DNA of 36,565 nucleotides. Source: Octopus bimaculoides (Eukaryota). Each line of letters begins with the position of its first letter. Positions within the stretch are counted from its first letter, which is position 1. The translations under genes were made by a program, and so were the position numbers. This document shows positions 1-10,810 of this stretch, one piece after another. The DNA lies in assembly GCF_001194135.2 (NCBI RefSeq), contig NC_068994.1:15602415-15638979 (forward strand), written 5' to 3'. The notes below the pieces were generated by a model. The model was not told the DNA's origin and searched no databases. It saw only the letters and a list, made by a program, of their open reading frames with translations.

Positions 1-99
1 TCTTCCCCTACTACCCCATGCCCTCTCCTGCTTTTACTTTTCTCTTGCTCCACCCTCTGCCCTGTTCCACACACCCCACCTCTCTCTGTGATTTTCTTT

Positions 100-314
100 T
101 AATTATGTGTGAGTTAATATATATCGGGTGACACGTAAAAGCACCCACTACACTCTCTGAGTGGTTGGCGTTAGGAAGGGCATCCAGCTGTAGAAACTCT
201 GCCAAATCAGATTGGAGGCTGGTGTTGCCATCCGGTTTCACCAGTCCTCAGTCAAATCGTCCAACCCATGCTAGCATGGAAAGCGGACATTAAACGACGA
301 CGACGACGACGACG
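100..314 (+). mobile_element. RTE-type 3' tail element with (GAC)n tail
   Basis: GGTTGGCGTTAGGAAGGGCATCCAGCTGTAGAAACTCTGCC...CATGCTAGCATGGAAAGCGGAC, shared with the other copies. Confidence 0.8.
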
Positions 315-670
315 ATACACAACATATTTATTCTCATGTATAAAACACAATTTTAGACTGGATTTTAACTGAAAAAACTGGAGTGCCACTAATGAGTAAA
401 TATGGTGCGTGTGTGTGTGTGTGTATACATACATATTACATATATATATTATGCTATGGCACAAAGAACTGTGTAAACAATGAGAACAAAAATGAGTATT
501 TAATATGTATTGTGGTTTTAATTCTACTTATTGCAAGTCAAAAACTTCTTCCTAGTCACTACCACATATAAAAGTCTCCCAATACATTTAATTTAAAATT
601 ACATACCAGGCACTTTAGTACTTTTACTTTTCAAATAATAAATGTACAAACACATTGGGGTGCACCTCTG

Positions 671-719
<49 letters not shown>

Positions 720-798
720 CCAGGAGGTGCTTTTAAGTTAGACATGGCCTAGGCCAATGCAAGTCAAAACTTATCTAAGTATGTAACTATATACTTAC

Positions 799-874
799 TA
801 AGTAATTTATTTATTTTGTTACGCTGCAGGTTGCCAATGAAATGCCATTTGATATTTTCACATTGAGCTACAAT
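799..874 (-). CDS. PLPBP: PLPBP coding exon 4 (gene continues beyond window start)
   Basis: tttttcag| IVAQCENIKWHFIGNLQRNKINKLL+A |gtaagt; 76 nt; KWHFIGxLQxNK family motif. No further PLPBP exon found in 1-798. Confidence 0.95.
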
Positions 875-1009
875 CTGAAAAATGGAAGACAATAAAAGGA
901 TGGGAAAAGAAAACTAGAAATTGATTTTCATAACAGAATTTCAAAAATAGAAATATTAATATTTCCAAGTATCTTTAAAGGAGACTACGGCAGCGGTACT
1001 AGATATTAA

Positions 1010-1307
1010 TAGTTATCGCCAAGCCAACATGGCAGTCCAAAGAAAAATAGGACGAATGCTGTCGTTGATTAGCTCCAAGAGGCCATCACCTCTAGCTAGC
1101 TATGTGACACACGAACCTGTGTCCTTTATAACCTTCAAACAGGGGAGGTCAGCCGCTTCACCTTGCTGGTCTGACATCTACAGACTAGTTTTGAGGTATT
1201 GCCTTTTAGCAATGTAGAGCAGGTGAACCCAGCAGGCCTCTTGGAGCTACTCAACAGCAGCATTCGTCCTATTATTTTGGATTGCCATGTTGGCTTGGCG
1301 ATAACTG
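1010..1307. mobile_element. MITE with about 75-bp TIRs, TTAA-flanked
   Basis: TTAA-TAGTTATCGCCAAGCCAACATGGCAGTCCAAA...AGCTCCAAGAGGCC, mirrored by GGCCTCTTGGAGCT...TTGCCATGTTGGCTTGGCGATAACTG-TTAA. Confidence 0.85.
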
Positions 1308-1829
1308 TTAAATTTTAAATTTGTTTTATTTTAATAACATACATTCCTATGCATCCCTTCCATAAGAATATTGAAAAATGTGAATAAACTGGTTTAAAAT
1401 TTTATATGCATTACTTTTTGATTCACCTTTGTATAAATGAGGACAAGTCAAAAAGTAATGCCAATAACAAATGCATTACTTGCTGACTCATCTTTGTATT
1501 ATGGAAGAAGATAGGAATCTACAAGTGCTATCTCCTCTCCTGCTTTGTTTTGTTCTTTTAAGGAAATAGCTCTAAAAACAGGAAGTCTATGCCCTTGCTT
1601 CATTTACACTGTCAGTTTGCCAAGATATAACTTTTTCTGAAGAGATGGTTACTATTTCTGAAACCTGCACTTAGCATTTTTCTCATCTCATTGCCACAAT
1701 ACTGCATCTCTATGGAACTCTCTCTTTACCCAAGCTCACAATATCAATTGTTTATCACATTAACTATTTACAATTTAAACAGTTAACTGCTGTTCCAGCG
1801 GCTTACCATTTCAACATTTTATGGTTTAA

Positions 1830-2033
1830 TCCTTTAGCATTCAGATTACTGTCAAATGTAAATTCTTGTTTATTCACATTGTTTTGATTAATCATGCATT
1901 ATCTTGTAGCTATGAGATTCTGATTTAATTTAATTTTATTGTAGGATAGGTGTAAGAGGCTGGATCTAGCTGGTTTGAACATAAAGAATAAAAAACACTT
2001 AGGCCTGATGTGGCCAGTTTATATGCTAAAGGA
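1830..2033. mobile_element. piggyBac-type MITE (TTAA TSD, CCTTTAGCAT TIR)
   Basis: TTAA-TCCTTTAGCATTCAG...TATGCTAAAGGA-TTAA. Further copies at about 14790-15040(-), 19815-20065(+), 25475-25715(+), 26009-26175(-) and 26221-26403(-). Confidence 0.8.
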
Positions 2034-2245
2034 TTAAAACAACTGTCCATAGTTTACCAGTTTGAACAGTTAACTGTGCCAGTAGTTAACCATTCATACT
2101 GTTTACTGTGTTAGTGCTTTACTATTTCAAACGCTTAACAGTTTTAAACAATTGAGTATATCATTGGTTTACCATTTCAGCTATTTACTTCTTAAGCTGT
2201 TCATTGTATTAATGGTTTATTATTTCAACAATTTACAGTTTAAAC

Positions 2246-2553
2246 CAGGGGTTTTTGACCATTTTTTTTTTATCTAAGGACCCTTTTGATTACTGTTTCA
2301 TTCTGATGGACTAATATTTTTATTCAATGTTTAATAACTAGTTTTATAAACTTCTTTTGAAATTCCTGCAATGGTACTCTCTGAGAGAACATGTTTCAGT
2401 CGCTGGAAACATGTTGAACTATGTAAAACGTTAGAGAAAAAATATAGCTGTTTCTGGCAATAAATATATTTGAAGCAAAGTATTTTCATGGACCCTTAAA
2501 CTATTACTGTGGATCTCTAATTTACTACTTTGGATCCTACCTGAGAACTACTG
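2246..2553. mobile_element. hAT-type MITE
   Basis: 8-bp TSD GTTTAAAC / GTTTAAGC; CAG...CTG termini (CAGGGGTTTTTGA / GAGAACTACTG). Confidence 0.75.
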
Positions 2554-2627
2554 GTTTAAGCTACTTAATGTATTAGTGGTTCACTATTTGGATAATTTGC
2601 AGTTGAAGTTTTTAAGTGTTTACTTAC

Positions 2628-2663
2628 ATCAGGATGGTTTCCTTTTGCTTCTATCTCCTGAAT
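2628..2663 (-). CDS. PLPBP: PLPBP coding exon 3 (36-nt mini-exon)
   Basis: ttttcccacacag| IQEIEAKGNHPD |gtaagt; in frame with exons 2 and 4; corresponds to VQELLEKASNPK. Confidence 0.9.
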
Positions 2664-2748
2664 CTGTGTGGGAAAAAAAATATTGCAATGATACAAATTT
2701 ATAAAATTATTGTGTGTAGAGTGGCTGTGTGGTAAGTGGCTTGCATGG

Positions 2749-3140
2749 GAGTGGCTGTGTGGTAAGTAGCTTGCTTACCAACCACATGGTTCCAGGATCA
2801 GTCCTACTGCGTGGCACCTTGGGCAAGTGTCTTCTACTATAGCCTCGGGCCGACCAAAGCCTTGTGAGTGGATTTCGTAGACGGAAACTGAAAGAAGCCC
2901 GTTGTATATATGTATATGTATATATATATGTGTTTGTGTGTCTGTGTTTGTCTCCCCAACATTGCTTGACAACCGATGCTGGTGTGTTTATGTCCCCGTA
3001 ACTTAGCGGTTCGGCAAAAGAGATCGACAGAATAAGTACTAGGTTTACAAAGAATAAGTCCTGGGGTCGATTTGCTTGACTAAAGGCGGTGCTCCAGCAT
3101 GGCCGCAGTCAAAGGACTGAAACAAGTAAAAAGAGAAAAA
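2749..3140 (+). mobile_element. Family-A SINE, full length (tRNA-like head, CORE-like GGGCAAGTGTCTTCTACTATAG, internal microsatellite, (GA)-rich tail)
   Basis: Homologous by eye to many other copies in the window; the first 26 bp of the head are duplicated at 2719-2744. Confidence 0.85.
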
Positions 3141-3680
3141 AGAGAAAGAGAGATATCCTTTGTAGAAATAACTTGGGAACAAAGAAAGAAGAATTACAAA
3201 GAGAATTTCAGACTATTTAGATGTATCATGTCAGTGTCTGAATGACAAAAGAAGACAGCTTACAAGAAGTGTATGATCTGTAAGGAAACAGGAAATGACA
3301 CTAAATATTACTATGAGGAAAAATTTGTCTTATAAAAAATATGATAAAAGATAAATTTTCAGACATTGGGCAGCTGTGTGTGTGTGATAACTATGGCAGC
3401 TTCTGGCAATGCAGGTCTCCTTCAGACCCAGGCATCCAATGCCCATCACTGCCTCTCACTCAGCCGCTTTCAAGTATCAGTTGTGTTTGAATGAGAATAG
3501 TGTTGAAAAATATAAATCTGACATACAACCAGATCAACTTATGGCCTGTCAGTTAGAATGGAACTTGGTCGTAAGTAAAGGACAAGGTATACATGTATTA
3601 GTTAGAGATTGTGATGTAAAGCAAATGAATGAACTCAGTAAAATTGACTAAAAGAAAAGAATTACTTAGCAGTTACGTAC

Positions 3681-3788
3681 ATAATTTTCCCCAAAGTGCA
3701 ACTGTCCATTATTGTAAGCACTGATGATCATTTCAACTGGTTTAGTTTTACTAACAGCAACAAGGCGTGGAGGAATTTTAGATGAATT
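3681..3788 (-). CDS. PLPBP: PLPBP coding exon 2
   Basis: tttacag| [36 protein letters not shown] |gtacgt; 108 nt. Contains the LVAVSKTKP motif with the PLP-binding lysine and the FGENY motif of the YggS/PROSC family. Confidence 0.97.
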
Positions 3789-4205
3789 CTGTAAAGATTA
3801 AAATAAAAAATAATAAATAAAATAAATGAAATATTTTTCAAATAAAAAAAGTCAATAACGAAGCTAGTAGATGTCTAAAAAGATGTTTATGATACATTAA
3901 TTAGTTTTGTTGGTATCAATATTATCGTTGGATAGTCTTGAAAGGATCTCTACATTGAAATCTCTAATTTACTGGGATTGTCAGTCAAATACTTGCTAAA
4001 CTAGTGAACCATATAAAGAACATTTCAAGTTTTTCAGTTGACACACACACACACACACATGATCAAACAGATTCCAAGGAAACTAGTATTGGCCTGTATT
4101 GTATCTTAAGTAAAATTGATGAAAATAGTACAGTGAACATGGGGAGAAGAAAATTGAATGTTTCAGATAAAGTTATTTGCTGAAAAGTTGACAATATATA
4201 CATGC

Positions 4206-4236
<31 letters not shown>

Positions 4237-4325
4237 TTTGAATTTAGTTCATGGACCCCCCCATTACTACCTTTGCAGACCACCAGAGGTCCACAGACCC
4301 CAGGTTGGTAACAACTGATCTAGAT

Positions 4326-4627
4326 CAGTGCTACTCAAAGTGGAGGTCTGTGGATCGGTGCCGGTCTGTGAGCAATCAGTTGCCGGTATGCAGCGAGTTT
4401 CCAGAAAAGAAAGAAACATTATAAAATGCTTATGTAATATTGTATTATTTGTTTACAAAATAAATATAAGATAAAGAAATTGTCAACTTTTATTATATTC
4501 ATTATATATATTGTTTTTGGTACGAATTAATATTACTAAGAAATATTACTGATCCCTGGCACATTAAGGGAAAAAAAACAACAAAAAAACTGCCGGTACG
4601 CCACATCAGATAGTTTGAGAGGCACTG
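4326..4627. mobile_element. hAT (Charlie-like) MITE
   Basis: TSD ATCTAGAT / GTCTAGAT (NTCTAGAN target); TIR CAGTGCTACTCAAA / TTTGAGAGGCACTG. Confidence 0.8.
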
Positions 4628-5180
4628 GTCTAGATTATTAACTCTTGTAAAAAAAAAACAAAAAAAAAACAGGGGAGGCAATCCTGAAACATATCCAGAG
4701 TTGTCATTCATAACTTCTAAACAACACTACTCTTCATAGCATTTTAAACATAATAAATTTTAATTAAGTAATACTTTTAGTGTTCTCTCTCTTCATTTGT
4801 TTTTGATCATTGATAATCATTTAGATAAAGATTGTCCTTATCATTATGGGGGTTAATTTTAATAAATAAAAATTCCTTGGTGTTTTAGTGTCCACTTGCA
4901 GTGGATGTGCTGGGGCACCTCCCTATAGTTACTCTTTCAGTAATATACTAGGGTCAACTGAATCAGATATCTCTCTTTCTTGTTTGTGTCTCCAATAAGA
5001 AAGAGAAAGGATTGTGTGTGTGTGTGGGAGACCATGACATGAATGCTTCTTTCTTGACCACTTCACATTATTGATTGATTGACTGAGTGAGAGAGAAAAA
5101 TAAACTCAACTCAATATTTAACTTCTATATAGATGTTGAACTTCATTCCAATAAAAGGTGTCATTATTATTATTATTATT

Positions 5181-5877
5181 AAGGTGGCGAGCTGGCATAA
5201 TCGTTAACATGCTGGGCAAAATGCTTAGAGGCATTTTGTCTGTCTTTATGTTCTGAATGAAAACTCTGCAAAGGCTGACTTCATTTTTCATCCTTCTGGG
5301 GCCAATGAAGTAAGTACCAGTTGATCACTGGGATTCATTTAATTGACTTACACACTCTCCTGAAATTGCTGGCCTTGTGTCAAAAATTGAAACCATTATT
5401 ACTATAATACAAGGCAGTAAGCTGGCTGAGTCGTTACCATGCTGGGTAAAATACTTAGTGGTATTTTATCTGTCTCTGCGTTCTGAGTTCAAATTCTGCC
5501 AAGGTCGACTTTGCCTTTCATTCTTCTGGGGCTGATAAATTAAGTACCAGTAAAACACTGGGGTCAATGTAATCAACAAGCCTCTTCCCCCTCTCCATAA
5601 TTTTCAGGCATTGTGCCTATAGTAGAAAGGATTATTATTATTATCATTATTATTAAGGCAGTGAGCTAGCAGAATCATTAGCCTGCTGGGCAAAATGCTT
5701 AGTGGCATTTCATCCATCCTTACATTTTGAGTCCAAATTCTGCCATGGTCAACTTTGCTTTCATCCTTTCAGGGTCAATAAATTAAGTACCAGTGAAACA
5801 CTGGGGTCGATGTAATCAACAAGTCCCCTTCCCCAAAATTCCAGGCCTTGTGCTTTTAGTAGAAAGGATTATTATTT
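5181..5877 (+). mobile_element. Three head-to-tail family-B (Meta-domain-like) SINEs
   Basis: Units start AAGG(T/C)(G/A)G at 5181, 5411 and 5655; each has CTTTGCCTTTCATCCTT..GGGG..GATAAATTAAGTACCAG and ends in an (ATT)n tail. Confidence 0.85.
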
Positions 5878-5999
5878 CCAACCTGCTATTCTATTAAGGA
5901 TTTGTTTTAGAATTGATAGGTAATCAACTATTAAACATTCAATGACAATTAGAACAAATTCAATGAATCTGTCAGTAAATGTTGAGACAACTTTTTATC

Positions 6000-7010
6000 A
6001 TTTGTTTTTCTTTTTTCTGATTTAGTCAGGTGGGAGAGGCAGTGCCTATAACATATACAGGCTTTCTAAGATTGGTGAGACTGATGCTGTTGTTCTATCC
6101 ATGTTTAAGTTTGTTGGATACAATATTGGTTTCTTGGTACATGATATCAACATTGTGCTTTTGAAGGACACAAAACTACATAATTCCATTGGAGAATGTT
6201 TTTGAGGTCTCTGTTGATGGAGTTAGTGCAGATTTGGCTTGATGTGTCAAGGTTGCATTTAGATAGTGTTGAGTGCAGAAAGTTAGAGGAATGTAGGGTG
6301 ATATCATCCACATGGGAGTGGGAGTTGTCAGAGATGATCGCAGGTAGGTCATTGAAATATAGGAGGAAAAGAATGGGAGCAAAACCAAATCTTGGGGCTT
6401 GCCAGGGTTGACAGAGTGTGGGCTGGATTAGAGTGAGTTCCATCAGCACATGCTGTAATGGTTTGATCTGACAGAAAGCTATCAGTCAAAAGCCTAGAGC
6501 AAAGACAGATCTCCATCTATCTTTCCTTCTGAAAGACAGTTGGAGATCTCAATATGTGAAGAATATAAAGCAGGTAGCTTTGCAAGAAGATTAGCATATG
6601 ATTGAATGCTTTGGTAATTTCAAGTACAGCAAAACTAAGCTATTTTCAAACTGTCAAGTACAACAAATATTGGGTGAGTGACAAGGGAAAGCAGCCTGCT
6701 GTAAATTTGGCTTTACAAAAGCTGTACTGATGGTCATTAAATAGGAAAAGGGATTCAGGACTTGGAGAAGGTGGTTGTGAATAAGTGCTGTCATCACCTT
6801 TGAGATATATAAAATAAGAATGGTAGTTTGATGGTGGGAATCAGAGGAGTTATCCTTCTTGGGAATGAGACATTGTTGTTTTTCCCCAAGATTCTGATAG
6901 ATTCTTGTAGAGGAAGAAATAAATTGAAGAGGTTAAATGAAGCCAGAAGTGCATTGTAACACTGATGGTAGCTCCACATCTGGCCATCCTCAAAGTATTA
7001 AATGAACAAA
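6000..7010 (-). mobile_element. CR1/L2-type LINE reverse-transcriptase fragment (decayed)
   Basis: Remnants PKKDNSSD, DHQYSFCKA, LEITKAFN and FAPILFLLYFNDLP...HVDDITLHSS in RT order. Confidence 0.75.
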
Positions 7011-7074
7011 CTTCCAAAGAAAAAACCAAAATTTAGAAAACAATGCATTTTATTCCATCATTGAGATACTCTTT

Positions 7075-7607
7075 CTTTTACTCTTTTAATTGTTTCAGTC
7101 ATTTGACTGTGGCCATGCTGGAGCACCGACTTTAGTCGAGCAAATCGACCCCAGGACTTATTCTTTCTAAGCCTAGTACTTATTCTATCAGTCTCTTTTG
7201 CTGAACCGCTAAGTTACGGGGACAAATACAGACACACAAACATACACACATATATATATTTCATTTTATTTTCATTTTCATTTTATCTAGTTTCAGCTCA
7301 TGAGCTGTAGCCATGCTGGGGCACATATATATAATTATGTGTATTTCTTCTATCTTAATGAATAAAAATTCTTCTGATAGAATAAATGGGTTAATAGAAA
7401 CCAATGTAGCAAAGAACACAAAATAACTGTGGTTTAGTTCCTGTTTTTAAGGCAGGAACTCCTTGAAATTTTGGGTATTTGAGTATATTTAAGAATTTAA
7501 GGAATGGAGAAAACGCATGTTATAATTGCATACTTTATTCCTACATATGTTTCAAAGGATTACAACCTGTGTGATCCATGGGGATCTTTGATATTAAAAT
7601 TGTAACC

Positions 7608-7659
<52 letters not shown>

Positions 7660-7820
7660 ACACATATATATGATGGGCTTCTTTCAGTTTCCATCTACCA
7701 AATCCACTCACAAGGCTTTGGTCGGCCTGAGGCTATAGTAGAAGACACTTGCCCAAGGTGCCACGTAGTGGGACTGAACCCGGAACCATGTGGTTGGTAA
7801 GCAAGCTACTTACCACACAG
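7075..7820 (-). mobile_element. Family-A SINE split by about 400 bp of nested sequence at its internal microsatellite
   Basis: 3' half at about 7075-7250 and 5' half at about 7672-7820, same orientation. Confidence 0.7.
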
Positions 7821-8021
7821 TTCGAAACCACACTTTTTGAAACTCTGGTTTAATTGAAATCCATTCGGACCTTCTGGGATATTATAGTTACCTAATTGCA
7901 AATGTGATCTTACATGCTGTGCATAATGACCAATGTGAAAGTCAGCTAATATTAATGAATTTTACATTGATCATTGTAGTCTTTTTATGTCAACATCATA
8001 AATACTTATGGAATCTTATCT

Positions 8022-8365
8022 TTTACTGGTTTCAGTCATTAGACTGTGGCCATGCTGGGGCATCACCTCGAGGAATTTTAGTCAAACAAATCAACCCTAC
8101 AATTATTTTTTTTGAAGCTTAGTACTTATTCTATCGGTCTATTTTACCGAACCACTAAGTTACAGGGACAAACACAGACACAAGACACACACACACACAC
8201 ATATATATATGACAAGCTTCTTTCAGTTTCTGTCTACCAAATCCACTCACAACGCTTTGGTTGGCCCAGGGCTATAGTAGAAGACACTTGCCTAAGGTGT
8301 CACACAGTGGGACTGAACCCAGAACCATGTGATTGAGAATCAAGCTTCTTATTATATAGCCATAT
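8022..8365 (-). mobile_element. Family-A SINE
   Basis: Reverse complement of 2749-3140. Confidence 0.8.
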
Positions 8366-8619
8366 CTTAATCTTTCTTGTAGATTTCCATATTACCAGGA
8401 AGTTATTATTAAAAACGAGATTTACTTAATGCAGGACATTTTAATGGTGTATGCAAAAATCCAATAGTTAGAATCAGATCTGCATTCATTTCTATCAACA
8501 TTTGAATCGGGGACATCTTCAAGATCACACCGTCTTTCAACGTTTTGTTTTTGTTTCAGTAATCTGATATTCAGCAATAATTTCAAGGTGTTGAATGAAC
8601 TCACTGTCTGCATTAAGAT

Positions 8620-9100
8620 TTGGATCACTTGTTTGAAGACATTCTAATGCTTTTACCCGATGCTAAGATGGTTGTATGCCATCCACGAGTCTTAATTAAT
8701 TAGATCTATACTCGTGTCCTTCAGTTCTAATTTGATTAAAAAAAAAAAATCACGAATCGAATTAATTCTTTCAGAAAAAAAAAAAAAACATTGAATAGAG
8801 TCAATCAAATTTCGGTGTTATAAATATCTGATCCTTTCACTAATTACCAATTTCTTGTTGGGTATTGATTGATGACATAATGCAGATCTTTTGCTGCTGG
8901 AGTTTATCGTTTCACGTTCCCGTGTTTCTTTCATCATTATCGACATTTTCGGATGATCATTCTAACTGCTTTAGATAAAAACAAATAAGTTGTATGTTCG
9001 TTATTATCGAAGCCAAGACTTTTTGCCTTTTCTAGGTCGTTGAATGGAAGTTTGTTATTAACCGGTGGCACTATTGTCATATCGCAGTTTTTTTTATTGT
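8620..9100 (-). mobile_element. Possible very old LINE (CR1-like) remnant
   Basis: Weak motifs only (KLPFND...LSKAVR, LIDSIQ, RLVDGIQP). Confidence 0.25.
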
Positions 9101-9725
9101 TGTTACTCAAATACAATCGTAACCCCACTAGTTGCTTTCTCTCGCAAATAAATAATCTATCCAAACATTCATAAAACTAGTAACAACCTTAAATAATCCT
9201 GGTCCCGTGCAAATATTTAAAACGTATACAATAAACAATAATATTACAATTAGCTAACCGAATGACATAGAAACATGTACTTTTAGGAACTTGGCACGAT
9301 AACATGCCGTAAATTCCTGTAAGTATCTGTTTTAAGAAAACTCAAAATTTACACTAAACATACAACATAAGCGATATCAACTCTAGAGAGACAAATTAAA
9401 TGAATTACGTAAACCAGTTTACATAACTTACATAAACAACGTTTTATCAAATCATTAAGATAAGGCACACCCAGAGGGAAAACATTTAAACTAGTTCTCA
9501 CACCGTGAACAGTATCAGTTCAAAATCATCAATGTCAAACATTAATATAATGTGTGTTTTTTTTAAGCGCACAAACTTGAAATACAAGCTATTTCCTTTA
9601 TTAATTTAGTCTTTGTTCGATCAAACATAGACTGTGCATTAATCCAAATATATTTTAATTGAACACAATTCTTAGATTTGTTGACATTTGTTTTAATAAA
9701 TGCTAGATTTGAAAAAATGTCTTAC

Positions 9726-9824
9726 CGGAGGGCGTCGCAAGAACCCTTGTTCCATCCGTTGATATACTGTCTTTAAAGCTTGTCCAACTTCCAGATCAGC
9801 CATTCTTAATACTGCAGACTTCAT
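9726..9824 (-). CDS. PLPBP: Pyridoxal phosphate homeostasis protein (PLPBP/PROSC, YggS family), coding exon 1
   Basis: Translates MKSAVLRMADLEVGQALKTVYQRMEQGFLRRPP, followed by a GTAAG donor (plus-strand cttac 9721-9725). Resembles the human PLPBP N-terminus ([27 protein letters not shown], recalled); 99 nt, phase 0. Confidence 0.9.
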
Positions 9825-10018
9825 TTATTTAGATTTTTCTTTAAAGTGCGTGTTCGAGGTGAATTAAAAAGGAATCGGGAGTCACTTCCCCTTAGTAGTA
9901 AATATGACCCGCTAGGATCGCTGTAATTAACACGTGTATTTCCCTGTTGAATCAATCTTGTCAACAACCGGTTTCTAAATTTTATTTCTTCTCCCACTAC
10001 CTGTGACTTGGAGCTAAG
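9825..10018. promoter_or_regulatory. Putative bidirectional promoter / 5' UTRs shared by PLPBP and HSPA13
   Basis: 194 bp between divergent ATGs; locally CpG-retaining and free of repeats; ETS-like CACTTCC (9883-9889) and palindromic ACACGTGT (9930-9937). Confidence 0.75.
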
Positions 10019-10043
10019 ATGGGAGTTGGATTCGTAATTTTAG
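10019..10043 (+). CDS. HSPA13: HSPA13/STCH coding exon 1
   Basis: aagATGG strong Kozak context; MGVGFVIL+G then a perfect GTAAGT donor. Phase 1 joins exon 2 to give ...ILGSSILALLLAG (signal peptide), parallel to vertebrate MAREMTILGSAVL. Confidence 0.88.
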
Positions 10044-10464
10044 GTAAGTAATGGCTTTATATATTTATCTGACAATTATATTTTGTAACTTTTTTTTCAT
10101 TCGTTAAAGTAATATACCTAATATTAACAAAGAAATGAGAGATATTGGATATAATTCCTGGCTTATCGCTCTCAGATCAGAATCCGGCAAAGGAATGAAT
10201 TATTTCTTTTATCTTTAACGATGACGACACCAACAGGATTTTTCCACACAACGGCTTTATTTTGCTCCCAAACGTATCTTTTATAAAGCCTTGGTAGGAT
10301 ACACTAAGATATTGTGGATATTACTAATTGTACTTGTGATTAAATTCTCAATTCCCATATGGTTATTATTGATAAGCTGGACGCGTTTACCTACTTAAAT
10401 GTAATACTGTTTAGTTCTTATCGTTATCAAATTTCGTTATTTCAGTTTATATATATATCTTTTA

Positions 10465-10810
10465 TCTTTTACTTGTTTCAGTCATTAGGCCGTGGCCATG
10501 CCTTGAAGAATTTTTAATCGAATGAATCGACCCCAATACTTTTCTTCTTAAAGCCTGGTACTTATTCCATAGGCTGTTTTGCCGAACCGCTAAGTTACGG
10601 GGACGTAAACGCACCAATAGCAATTGTCATGCGGTGGTGGGACACACACACACGTCGAGCTTTTAGCTTCCATCTACAAAATCCACTCACAAGGCTTTTG
10701 TCGGCCCGAGGCTATAGTAGAAGACACTTGCCCAAGGTTCCACACGGTGGGAGTGAATCCGGAACCATATGGTTGGGAAGCAAACTTCTTACCACACAGC
10801 CACACACACA
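10465..10810 (-). mobile_element. Family-A SINE
   Basis: Reverse complement of 2749-3140. Confidence 0.8.

Larger units (their letters stand above)
1755..2620. repeat. Degenerate minisatellite (GGTTTACCATTTCAAC.ATTTACAGTTTAAAC-like) interrupted by two MITEs
   Basis: Recurrent TTAAC/GTTTAC/CATTTCA motifs on both sides of the 1830-2033 and 2246-2553 insertions. Confidence 0.55.

Noticed and set aside
2360-2425. Possible hammerhead (GAAAC-AT-GTT) and small hairpins inside the hAT MITE
   Set aside because: No CUGANGA at the right position (CTGAGAGA and CTGCAATG do not fit) and no convincing stem I.
3250-3340. KKCMICKETGNDTKYYYEE, resembling a piggyBac C-terminal Cys-rich domain
   Set aside because: Too short and degenerate to support a call.
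10370-10400. GACGCGTTT resembling a hammerhead 3' half
   Set aside because: Reads TAAAC rather than GAAAC on the minus strand and there is no CUGANGA partner.
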